From contig CAYRHE010000001.1 in NCBI GenBank assembly GCA_964424095.1, positions 1 to 53,188 on the forward strand: DNA of 53,188 nt, given 5' to 3'. Below the pieces are notes generated by a model. The model did not search any database and was not told the DNA's origin. It saw nothing but the letters and a program-made list of their open reading frames with translations. Positions 1 to 9,770 of this stretch are shown piece after piece. How positions within the stretch are numbered: the first letter of the stretch is position 1; every line of letters starts with the position of its first letter. Position numbers and translations under genes: made by a program. Origin of the DNA: an uncultured Candidatus Peribacteria bacterium (lineage in GTDB: Bacteria > Patescibacteriota > Gracilibacteria > Absconditabacterales > Absconditicoccaceae).

Positions 1-51
1 TTCTGCCTTCCAAGCAGACTGTTGCGGGTTCGAGTCCCGTCATCCGCTCCA
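1..51 (+). tRNA. tRNA-Gly (anticodon UCC), 3' portion only; the window starts inside the gene
   Basis: Anticodon stem tctgc/gcaga (2-6/14-18) with loop cTTCCaa. T-arm gcggg-ttcgagt-cccgt. Acceptor 3' strand, U discriminator and encoded CCA ending at 51. Confidence 0.8.
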
Positions 52-155
52 TTAAAAAACTTCCTTGTGAAGCTTTTTTTTGTTATTTTTTATACCTTGC
101 TTTGAAGAAGGATTTTTATATAAGATACGAGATCGTTTTAAAAATCAATATAATA

Positions 156-878
156 ATGAAAAAGTCTTGCACTTGCATTGTCCCATTTTACAATGAAGAA
201 CAAAGAATTTGATGAGTACTAAAAAAACTAACTCAGATTCCTTTTTTTGATAGTATTATTACAGTTGATGATTGATCAAATGATAATAGCAAAGCTGTTG
301 TAAAAAACTTTATAAAAGAAAGTGATTCTTCAAAAATATCTATAATATCATATTCTGATAATAAATGAAAATCTCATGCTGTTTATCAGTGACTCAAAAA
401 TGTATCAACAGAATATGTTTTTCTTTTTGATGCAGATTTGTCTAATATTAAAATTCATGAAGTCATAAGACTTATAGAGACTATGTATAGATATCCAGAA
501 ATTGATATGTGAATACTTAGGCGTATTTATGCAAAACGATATATCAAATTATTGTATAGAGAACTTATATTGTCATGACAAAGAATGATAAGAACCAATG
601 ATCTAAAAAACGTTTTCAAAAACAAATTTGATAGATATCAATTGGAAGTTGCCATAAATACCTATATGCACAAAAATAAAAAGACTACAGTTCGATTTCC
701 TTTCTCTGCAGAAAATTCTCTTAAATCTGACAAATGGTGATTTTGGAAATGATGGAAAAGGGATTTCTTTATGTACAAAGATATTATAGAATACCAGGGA
801 TTTTTCAATTTCATAAAACACATTTTTCTTTTCAAACCTTATAATATTAAAACTTATCAAAAAAAATTTCATAAATAA
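156..878 (+). CDS. Family 2 glycosyltransferase
   Basis: ATG 156, TAA 876-878, 240 aa, only intact with TGA=Gly. MKKSCTCIVPFYNEEQRI..., TVDDgSNDNS (g=TGA) and FLFDADL motifs typical of GT2. Confidence 0.85.
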
Positions 879-910
879 TAATTCTGATTTTTGTTTTCTA
901 TTTTTAAATT

Positions 911-1510
911 ATGTTTTGGCCGCTTGTAAAACAAAATATTTATTTATATCTCTTTATTCTCACAACCGTTGAATGACCAATCACTTCTTTTGTTAGTGCA
1001 GGAGTTGCGGCTCAATGAGGACTTCGTATAGAATATGTAGCAATTATAGCTTTCTTGGGCGATATTATAGGAGATATTATATTATACAGTATAGGTAGGT
1101 TTTTCAACAAACTTCCTTTTTTGAAAAAATTTTCTTATATTTCTCAAGACAAACATTTTCTGATAAAATCGTTGAATAAGAGACCATTTATTTATTTTCT
1201 TGTTGCTAAATTCACTCCTTATCTATCAGCTCCTTCTTTGATTTTTGCTTGAGCAAGAAAATTTGATATCAAGCGATTTCTTTTTTATTCTTTTATTATC
1301 TCTGTTTTTGTAAAGACTGTTTATCTAACCATATGATATCTATGGAGTGTTAGCTTGAAACAATTAACATCGTTTCTAGAATGACGACAACAAATTGCTT
1401 GATATATTATCTGATGAACTATACTGTTTTTTATTACAAGAAATATCTATTTTAACCTTGGAAAACGAATAAAAAATAAAAGCCAGGAAAAAAAGAAAAA
1501 CAACCCCTAA
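911..1510 (+). CDS. DedA/SNARE-associated family membrane protein
   Basis: ATG 911, TAA 1508-1510, 199 aa with TGA=Gly. Same frame as track ORF 1055-1252. Hydrophobic with a DedA-like core ...FLGDIIGDIILYSIGRFF.... Confidence 0.7.
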
Positions 1511-1520
1511 TTCAGGGGTT
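1502..1520 (-). terminator. Intrinsic terminator between convergent genes
   Basis: Hairpin aacccct-aattc-aggggtt. On the minus strand it is followed by a T-run (complement of the 1485-1501 A-run). Confidence 0.5.
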
Positions 1521-2040
1521 GCTTAGTTGTGATGTAATAGTAGCCATCAGGAATCGGACCAATCTTATTTTTCCTTTTTTTGGTTGATTCCTTATGGACA
1601 AATAGTTTCTCCTTACCAATCTGCCAAACTTCCAGGCTATTGTTGGAAGATAACATTTTGATAGAAATATTGTAATCTTCTTTAGCTGTTCGCAAAAAAC
1701 GAACAAACTTTTCTTTGATAACTAAGTTACCATCAGGAGAAAACATATTCCCCCAGTTCTTCAACATAAACACATTAGAGTCATCATAAAATATTAATGA
1801 ATCCAACGCTTCGGAGAAAAAATTTTTATCAAATTCGTCCTGATATATAGGATTGACTGACCTATAAGCCACAAATTGGCATTGTTTTTCAATAGGCGCA
1901 GATGGCACAATAACAACCAATCCACCTAATTCTACAGAAAAACTTGATGGTTTTTTTTCTTCAAATATTTGCTGACTAAATAACTGAGCATATATATTTC
2001 CCCAAGCCAACATACAGATAATAAATAATATTTTTTTCAT
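1507..2040 (-). CDS. Hypothetical secreted protein (signal peptide)
   Basis: Uninterrupted 177-aa ORF, real TAG stop. N-terminus MKKILFIICMLAWGNIYAQ is signal-peptide-like. No TGA codons. Confidence 0.6.
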   Translation of the reverse strand: MKKILFIICMLAWGNIYAQLFSQQIFEEKKPSSFSVELGGLVVIVPSAPIEKQCQFVAYRSVNPIYQDEFDKNFFSEALDSLIFYDDSNVFMLKNWGNMFSPDGNLVIKEKFVRFLRTAKEDYNISIKMLSSNNSLEVWQIGKEKLFVHKESTKKRKNKIGPIPDGYYYITTKQPLN

Positions 2041-2103
2041 TTTTTTGTTTGTTTTTTTGTTTTCTTCTTATAACCATTTAAACAACAATGTCAATAAAAA
2101 AAA

Positions 2104-2124
2104 CAGGGCGATATAATCGCCCTG
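2104..2124 (-). terminator. Rho-independent terminator of the 2156-3091 gene
   Basis: 8-bp stem cagggcga/tcgccctg. On the minus strand it is followed by a long T-run (plus-strand A-run 2092-2103). Confidence 0.65.
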
Positions 2125-2155
2125 CCTAAACATTTTGGAAAGAGCTTTCCTCTAA

Positions 2156-3091
2156 TTATCTTCTAAGGAATCTCTTGTTTTTTTCTAAACCGTCTCTTCT
2201 TTCCAATTCTTCACTTATTTTTAGGAAGGTTTCTTTGTCTTTCTTATTAATTGCTTCATCCGCTTTTTTCTCAAGATCCTTTTGGCTCATATTTGACAAA
2301 AAAGACTTGAGATTGTGTTCTTGTGAAATTTCATTGACTAATTCTTCGTCATCCTTGAGGTCTTCTTCTATTGTTTTTATGATAGTATTGTAAATTTCTA
2401 CAATATATCTCTTTCTTATACCATCATGATGATCATCAAAGAACCACTCTCTCTTTGCTATCCAATCATCCAAGAACAATCTTTCATCTTCTGGAGTTTT
2501 AAAAAAACAAAGATAATCAAACAAAATTCCAGGAAGAAGCTCTAACTTTTCATCGATAACACTTCTATCAATAAAAAACATAGGACCATTGATATAATCA
2601 AACATATCATCGACGTAATCATCAAAACTATTTATATCAAAACATTCGTCTTGTTTTACATCTTGATTATTGTTTTGATTTACATCATCGATTTTGTTTA
2701 TATTTACTTCCTCCTCGGTTTTATTGGTTTCTACTTCATTTTTATCAACAAATTTGAATGTTTTTATAGAAACATCAGGCAAGTCAATAATAACCGGAGG
2801 GAAAAAACCTCTTTTGGGTTGGATTGAAAAAAGATTAACAAGATATGGTTCATCCAAAGGAAACCAATAATCAAAAACATCTTTAGCAATCTTTTTTACA
2901 AGAACCAAACCAGGAACTGGCATGTCAATACCAACAGCGTTTTTATCCATATATACAGATACTTTAAATTTCTCTCTCGCTTTGGACGCAAGAAAAATTT
3001 GAAAAAAAACTTTATCCACATACAAAGAACTATTGATGCTCATGGATTTTACCGCTTTGGTATATATAATACTTATTTTTTTATTTTCCAT
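2156..3091 (-). CDS. Hypothetical acidic protein
   Basis: Uninterrupted 311-aa ORF, TAA stop, Asp/Glu-rich central part, charged helical C-terminus. No TGA codons. Confidence 0.6.
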   Translation of the reverse strand: MENKKISIIYTKAVKSMSINSSLYVDKVFFQIFLASKAREKFKVSVYMDKNAVGIDMPVPGLVLVKKIAKDVFDYWFPLDEPYLVNLFSIQPKRGFFPPVIIDLPDVSIKTFKFVDKNEVETNKTEEEVNINKIDDVNQNNNQDVKQDECFDINSFDDYVDDMFDYINGPMFFIDRSVIDEKLELLPGILFDYLCFFKTPEDERLFLDDWIAKREWFFDDHHDGIRKRYIVEIYNTIIKTIEEDLKDDEELVNEISQEHNLKSFLSNMSQKDLEKKADEAINKKDKETFLKISEELERRDGLEKNKRFLRR

Positions 3092-3246
3092 GGCTTTATA
3101 TTTTTTGGTTTATTTTCTTTTTGTTTGTATTTTCTTTTTTATGATTTTTCCAATTATTGTCAACACCAATATCTAGATAAAAAAGGATTGCAAACCTTTC
3201 GATATTCGTTAGTTATATAATAATATTTATATTCTGATTTTTTATT

Positions 3247-4548
3247 GTGACTTCAATTTATATACACATCCCATTTTGTGCTCAAAAATGTCCATACTGT
3301 TCATTTTACAGTTTTTTTCTAAATCCAGAAATCAAAGAAAAGATGATTGGCGACTATATTGAAACATTGTACAAAGAAATTACTAATACCGCGCCACATA
3401 TCATAAATAAAAAAATTCAGACGATTTATCTTGGTGGTGGTACACCAAACGTTTTGTCTCCTGAGCAACTGACAGGAATTGTAGATTTTTTGGGGCAACA
3501 TTTTGATACAAGTGAAATAATGGAGCTCAATATCGAACTCAATCCCTACCCTACCCAAGAAATATACAATCTGATTTCTTATTTTCATACTCATTTCAAA
3601 AAACGACCAAGGCTTAGATTTAGTTTTGGAATACAAACTTTTGATAATCAAATTTTGCAAGATGTAAGAAGACCTGTAAGTTTTGGCGGATTAACTGATT
3701 TTTTGAGAGGTCTGAGAGAAATCAAACAAGAAAATATGGTATTTAATTTTGATTTTATTGCGTTTGGAAAGTTTGGCGAAACGAGGAAGGGCGAAGCCCA
3801 ACTTTGGGATCCGGGAAAAATAGATTTTTTTGACCGTTTCGCCAGTAGTCAATTTGCTGATAGTTTTTCTCTTTATACATTGGAGTTATTTCCTGGCTCT
3901 AAATGGCAAAGCAAAACTCCAGATCAAGCAATTTCTGGAACTTATTATGGAAGTGATGACGATATTTTTGCTGAATTTGCCTATCTAAAAGATATAATCT
4001 TGGATGCTTGATATCATAGATATGAATCTTCTAACTTTTCCAAACCTGGAGTAAGCAGCATCCACAATAGAGTCTATCGAACTATGCAAAATTATATATG
4101 ATTTTGACCTAGTGCTTCATCGTTTAGTAGATTAGAGGGGTTAGGTGGGTTAGATGGATTAGGTAGATTAGAGGGGTTAGATAGATTAGGTAGATTAGAG
4201 GGATTAGATGGATTAGGTGGATTAGATAAAGAAGTGAAAGCAGTCAGATGGACTAATACTTCAAACCTTGTAGAATATCTCAAGGGTGATTATATCGATC
4301 AAAGCAAGACTGTATTTATGACGGAAAAAGACCTACTTATTGAATCTTTTTTCTTGTGACTTAGAACTGATACGGGGGTATCTGATCTTGATAAATATAT
4401 TTCTATTTTGGTTAAAAATTATAAAGAACTTGTTGAAGCTTATAAAGATGAATGACTACTTTATGATGTTGATGATAGATTATTGTTGACTGATAAAGGG
4501 ATGGATGTTTCCAATACGATTATAACTGATTTATTGAAAGATATATAA
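3247..4548 (+). CDS. hemW: Radical SAM heme chaperone HemW (HemN-like, oxygen-independent coproporphyrinogen oxidase family)
   Basis: GTG 3247, TAA 4546-4548, 433 aa with TGA=Gly. IHIPFCAQKCPYCSF (CxxxCxxC), YLGGGTP, C-terminal gYHRYESSNFSKPG...HNRVY...gFgPSA. Confidence 0.85.
4129..4227 (+). repeat. In-frame 9-bp tandem repeat (11 units) inside hemW
   Basis: Units RGRTTAGRK read in frame as RLE GLG GLD GLG RLE GLD RLG RLE GLD GLG GLD. The antisense track ORF 4092-4283 (PNPSN repeats) is its mirror artefact. Confidence 0.9.
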
Positions 4549-4553
4549 AAAAA

Positions 4554-4571
4554 CCACTGACTAAGCAGTGG
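4554..4571 (+). terminator. Hairpin after hemW
   Basis: ccactg-actaag-cagtgg, 6 nt after the hemW stop, followed by atcttt. Confidence 0.45.
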
Positions 4572-4590
4572 ATCTTTAAAGAAAAATTCA

Positions 4591-4615
4591 GATCTGCCTG
4601 GCGGTAAGCAGGATC
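4591..4615 (-). terminator. Hairpin after membrane-protein gene 4615-5433
   Basis: gatctgc...gcaggatc stem with one bulge. On the minus strand it is followed by gaattttt. Confidence 0.45.
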
Positions 4616-5433
4616 TATTTTTCCAATGAAAGTAGTTTTGTAAAGAACATAGCGTTTGCTAAATAAAATAATGGAAGTGTCCAAAACAAACCAACAAAAA
4701 GAGCCAATAATCACAATATATTTACAACACCAATAATAATATTTAAAGCAAATAAATTTGCTGCTTTATGTTTTGTAATTTTCCAAGATCTTTTAATTGC
4801 CTGCCATGGACCAAGATTTTCTTCGAGAATAAGATATGGAACCATATTTAACCTCAAAGCTACAAGTATTCATGGAATAATAAACAATATAATTCAAACA
4901 AATATAGCAATTCATGTAATAATATATGCAATCAAATATTTGAGAAATTTTTCTGGATCTACGAAAATATCTACAGCTCTTGATTTCTTCTCTTGAATAA
5001 TAGCAAGACTTAATTTTTTTAGTCCAAAATCTATTCGTATATATAAAACACCAAAAACAATTATCAAAACAGATACAAATAAAGTTGTAGGACGACTAGG
5101 ATCTGACAATTCACTTTGAAAAATTTGTAATATAAACACCAAAACTATTCACAAAGCATATTTCCAAACATTTTTTCTTGCAAGTTTCCATGATGGTTTG
5201 ATAATTTCACTTTGTGTTAATCATTTTTCTCTTCAAACATATATAATTGAAACTAACATGGTTACAACTCACAACAAAAAACCTATTCCAGAAAATGTTT
5301 TGATGTATAAAAGATTTATCATAATATTTGTTGTTTCAATAGGAACTTCATTCAACAAAAGAGCACTTATTATCCAAAGAATTCAAAAGAAAAACGGTAA
5401 AAGCATACCCAAAATAGCCAAAGCCTTTTTCAT
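4615..5433 (-). CDS. Multi-pass integral membrane protein, function unknown
   Basis: ATG 5433, TAG 4615-4617, 272 aa with TGA=Gly. Same frame as track ORF 4912-5142. Several hydrophobic helices. Confidence 0.6.
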
Positions 5434-5519
5434 AAGAAAAAAATAATAAAATAAAAAATATTTATTTTTGTGCATGTAATATATACATAGGGAAAGAAAC
5501 TTCAAGAGAACTCTTTATT

Positions 5520-6380
5520 TTATGAACTAATTTCTTCTGCTATCACCAAAATTCTTTGCTTTGCTGATCAAATAGGATAACATCACATCAAAGTTAGATA
5601 ATTTTTGGAAGTATTTGCGTATTCCATATAAGCATCATTTACATGCTGTGGGTATTTTACTTGGATATCTACTACTTTATATTCGTATAATTGTCATTTC
5701 CATACTATCTGCAAAACATCACCCAACTCCATTTTTGCAATATGAGCAAAAGCCATTCAATATGGATTATGCTTCCATCGTTCTTGACTGGTATGACCAA
5801 ATATCAATGTATTTCATGGTTGACCAGGCTCTGGAGTTGTTGGATATTTTACTACTCACTCTTTGAGCTCTTCATTATAGTTTCTATAAATAAACTCTTT
5901 CATATTTGTATACTTACTAATCACAATAGGATCATCAACATTGAATCTTGGTACTATTAACCTATTTGTTGGCGGCAAAGTATTGAAAGAAAAATCATAT
6001 CATTTGATATTTTCTGACAAAAGTTCTTCTATATCTTGAGCTAGAGGAGATGAAATTTTTCAATTCTGATCTTGATATTTTTCAACTAATCTATCTACTT
6101 CCTGCTCCTTTTGAAATTGATAATCTACTATCGAGGATATAGAACTATCTTGTTGCATAATTTCTTTTATATTTTGCGAAGAAACTTGTTTTTGTGTGCT
6201 AAATAAATTTGAAAAACTTGACAAAAACAACTGAGCATTGGTAAAAACAGTAACGAAAACAAACGCCACAGCAGCAAACATAATCAATAATTTTATTTCA
6301 CGCAAGAAACCCAAAACTTTGTGTTTTTTTCTCTTGGCATGTGTAATATGTGCTAAATGATCAACAGTAATATAATTCAT
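5520..6380 (-). CDS. Sortase-family transpeptidase with N-terminal membrane anchor
   Basis: ATG 6380, TAA 5520-5522, 286 aa. Extends track ORF 6060-6380 through TGA codons. Has LIFGHTS (His), LTLMgCYPIg (TLxTC-like Cys) and QRILV (Arg). Confidence 0.75.
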
Positions 6381-6588
6381 ATAAACTATTTTAACAATAT
6401 ATATAAAACAATTCCATTATATTGAGAATACAAAAAAACTCAAAAAATCAGACTATTTATTTATATTTTGGTATTGACAATTATAAAAATAATAAAAATA
6501 AAAAAACTTTTTTGATTGTATTTTGAAATAAAAATAATATACTTATTTTTCGATATCAATATTCAAATGTTTATAAAAAACCTCAGAT

Positions 6589-8250
6589 ATGAACTACAAA
6601 GTGCTTTATGACAACCCAAACGAAGAATTACTTACTAGACTACTTAAGATCAGAAATATTACTGAAGATATAGATGCTTTTTTGGAAGCAAGACTTCAGG
6701 ATTATTGGTTGGATCCTTTTTTGCTAAATGATATGGAAATAGCAGTAGAAAGGATAATTTTTGCAATAAAAAACAAACAAAAGATTATGATATTTGGAGA
6801 TTATGATGTTGATTGAGTAACCTCTAGTTATATTTTGTATAAATTTATAAATAAACATCTAAATTATAAAAACATAAGCATTCAATACCCTGACAGAATA
6901 AAAGAATGATATGGTATCAAAAAAATTCACATTGATAATATGAAAAAAAAATGAATTGATTTGGTTATTACTGTTGATAATGGTATCGCTTCACTTGAAG
7001 AAGCTCTTTATGCTAAAGAACTAGGAATAGATCTTGTTATAACTGATCATCACCAAGATTTGGAAAGCATCCCTCAAGCAGTTGCAGTGGTAAATCCCCA
7101 AATTTCTCCAAATTATCCATTTAAATGATTGGCTGGTGTTGGTGTTGCATTCAAACTTATTTGCGCATTACTTACAAGAAGCACTTTTAATCAAGAACAA
7201 AAAAATCAGATTTTCAATTATTTTTTGCCTGTAGTTGCTATTGGTACTGTTGCGGACGTTGTTCCTTTGGTTCACGAAAACAGAATTATTGTAAAAAGAT
7301 GACTTGAAATATTAAACAACAAACAAAGCAAAGTTCCATCTTCTCTTAGAGGATTTTTGACTTATCTAAACATAAAACAACCAATTGATACATATCATAT
7401 AGGATATGTTATTTGACCAAGAATAAATGCTGGTGGAAGAATGACATCTCCTTATGATAGTCTCTATTCACTACTCTACTCTGGAGAAAAACAAATCCCT
7501 TACTTGGAAAATCTAGAACAAATCAACACCGAAAGAAGAAGTGTGCAAGAAAAAATGTTTAAACTTGCAGAACAAAATATTGATTTGGATAAAAAAATTC
7601 TTGTGGTATATAGTGAAGATTTTCATGAAGGTATAGTTTGAATTGTTTCTGGAAGGCTTACAGAAAAATACTACAAACCATCTATGGTTATGAAAGTTGA
7701 TCAAGAAAAACACAGTGCAGTTGCTAGTTTGAGGGGGCCAGATTATTTCGATATTATCGAAATGATAAAATCTGCTGGTCATCTTTTGCAAAGATTTGGA
7801 GGTCATAGATGAGCAGGGGGATTATCTGTTGATCTAGACAATCTAGATGAACTGGTTGCTCATTTCCAAGATTACTGTGAAAAGAAAATTTCAGATAAAG
7901 ATCTCAAAAAAACTATAAGCATAGATACCAAGCTTTATCATCACGAATGGGATCTTGATTCTTTGTGTAAAATTGACAAACTTGCTCCTTTTTGAGAAGG
8001 AAATGGAGAACCGACTTTTTTATTGGAAAATACTCGTGTAAACAAAATTGAAAAAGTAGGAAACAATGGTAAATGACATCTCAAAATCCATGCTACGCAT
8101 GGAGAAGAAAAAATCACCTCCCTCTTTTGGGGAAAAGGTGAAGATGCCTCAAGTATCTCTTCCAACACAATTTCATTGGTTGGAAAAATCAAAAAAGACA
8201 CTTACAATGGTGGTGTTTTTTTGGAAGGAATGGATATGGAAGAAGTATAA
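6589..8250 (+). CDS. recJ: Single-stranded-DNA-specific exonuclease RecJ
   Basis: ATG 6589, TAA 8248-8250, 553 aa with TGA=Gly. DHH motifs [12 protein letters not shown], VDNG, ITDHH and GGH. Confidence 0.9.
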
Positions 8251-8335
8251 AATCAGATTGATTTTTTTGTTTGGAATAATATCATTTTGTTGTTGGATGC
8301 CTCTTTGGGGTATTTTTATTATTATAAAAAGTAAT

Positions 8336-8602
8336 ATGAATCCATCAACATTGGAAAGTTTGGAGAAAGAAATCAAAGACATAAAAGCAAGAAACAAACG
8401 CGTAGAAGAAGATAAAAAATGGGAAACAAGTTGGATGAGAAAAGCAAGTATAGCAGTTTTGACATATATTGTGATAGTTATATTTTTCTTTTCTGCAGGA
8501 CTAGCAAAGCCGTTTATCAATGCTATTGTACCTACTGTTGGATTTTTGCTATCTACTTTATCATTGGATGCAATTAGGAAATTATGGATGAAGAAAAATT
8601 AA
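8336..8602 (+). CDS. Small membrane protein (coiled-coil plus two TM helices), hypothetical
   Basis: ATG 8336 in the frame of track ORF 8066-8602. The upstream part of that ORF overlaps the recJ 3' end and was discarded. Confidence 0.4.
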   Translation: MNPSTLESLEKEIKDIKARNKRVEEDKKWETSWMRKASIAVLTYIVIVIFFFSAGLAKPFINAIVPTVGFLLSTLSLDAIRKLWMKKN

Positions 8603-8620
8603 TAAGAATAAGATTCTCTC

Positions 8621-8767
8621 GCAATAAAAGATAAATAAAATTCATCCATCATCAAGGCAGTATCATATTTGAAATTATGTTCTAGTTATAATTGTATCGC
8701 TGCTTTTTGGCTACTAACAATGTTGGTTTGGTGATGATTTCCTTCTTTTATTTATTCTTTTTATTGC
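8621..8767. repeat. Long AU-rich hairpin element, copy A (paralog at 46170-46300)
   Basis: 5' arm gcaataaaagataaataaaattcatccatcatcaa pairs with 3' arm ttggtgatgatttccttcttttatttattctttttattgc. Arms are conserved in copy B; the apical part is variable. Confidence 0.5.
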
Positions 8768-8816
8768 TCGATTCTAATCTATCTAATCCAACTAAATCCC
8801 TAAGTTTTAAGAACTA

Positions 8817-8901
8817 AACAATATATAACCATTCACTGTTACATTTTCTTAACGGTAGAAAACACAGGCAAATGTAAGCGTTCACTTGTTATATATTTGT
8901 T
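8817..8901 (+). other. Imperfect 30-nt inverted repeat (structured leader or RNA) upstream of the 8971 gene
   Basis: aacaatatataac...ttacattt pairs with aaatgtaa...gttatatatttgtt. The internal loop carries ttcact on both arms. Confidence 0.35.
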
Positions 8902-8970
8902 TATTATTGTATTGTTCAATTAACCAATAATAAAATACAAACTATAAACTTTTAATTATAAACTAAATAA

Positions 8971-9432
8971 ATGAATCAAGCTGAACAAGAACAAATTCTG
9001 ACTATTGTAAAAAATTTGGAAGAACAAAAAAAAGCTGTTCCATTCTTATCAGATCTCCAAAAACACCCTGTCTTTGGGCCAATTTTTACGTGAATAGACA
9101 AGGAAAAACAAGATGAAATAAATCAGATTATTGATTGATATATTAGAGAAAAAATTGGTTGATTAAGTAAAACCAAATGAGGACAGCTTTTCCAGAGATT
9201 TTTCGAAACGCAAGAAGAACTTTTTTGGACATTTAGAGATATCAACGAAAATCCAGATGAAGACATGGATCTTTTCCAAAGACTTGGAAAACAAGTAGAA
9301 CAAGAAATGTTTAAGTTGGAAGGAATCTTGACCGAAAAAATGGTTGGGCAAGAAAAAGGGTTGGACAAAGTAGTAAGTTCGTTTTACAATATCATATATA
9401 GCTTCTTCCCCAAAATGGGAATCGTAGAATAA
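8971..9432 (+). CDS. Hypothetical protein
   Basis: ATG 8971, TAA 9430-9432, 153 aa with four TGA=Gly. Confidence 0.5.
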
Positions 9433-9440
9433 AACAAAAA

Positions 9441-9468
9441 CAGCTGGCGAATAACCAGCTGTTTTTTT
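9441..9468. terminator. Bidirectional intrinsic terminator
   Basis: cagctgg-cgaataa-ccagctg flanked by an A-run (5') and a T-run (3'), between convergent genes. Confidence 0.65.
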
Positions 9469-9700
9469 AAAGTGACTTGAGTAATTGCTCCATATACTCT
9501 TCAAGTGATGATCTCATATCATTTACAGCAAGTTCTGTATCACGAATTTGTTTTTTTAGATCATCAATTTTTGATTGAAGCTTTTTTCTAACTTCCCAGG
9601 GATCTCCCTGACATTTTTCTTTATTCCACTGTTTACATGTGTGATTTATGTGTACTCTATTGCCACACATCTCACATTTTTGATAAGCTGTTTCACTCAT
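9467..9700 (-). CDS. Small zinc-ribbon/coiled-coil protein, hypothetical
   Basis: Uninterrupted 77-aa ORF, TAA stop. CEMCGN...HTCKQ Cys/His cluster followed by a heptad-like helix. Confidence 0.5.
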   Translation of the reverse strand: MSETAYQKCEMCGNRVHINHTCKQWNKEKCQGDPWEVRKKLQSKIDDLKKQIRDTELAVNDMRSSLEEYMEQLLKSL

Positions 9701-9770
9701 ATATTTTTATTTTTTTTATTTACTTTTTTATTTTATACAATATTCAGATCAAATATCAATATATTTATAG

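Noticed and set aside
4129-4227. CRISPR array.
   Set aside because: The units are 9 bp, contiguous, without spacers, and in frame within a coding sequence. I saw no other repeat-spacer structure and no cas genes in the window.
4092-4283. 63-aa ORF of PNPSN repeats on the minus strand.
   Set aside because: It is the antisense reading of the in-frame 9-bp repeat inside hemW, and hemW is continuous on the plus strand.
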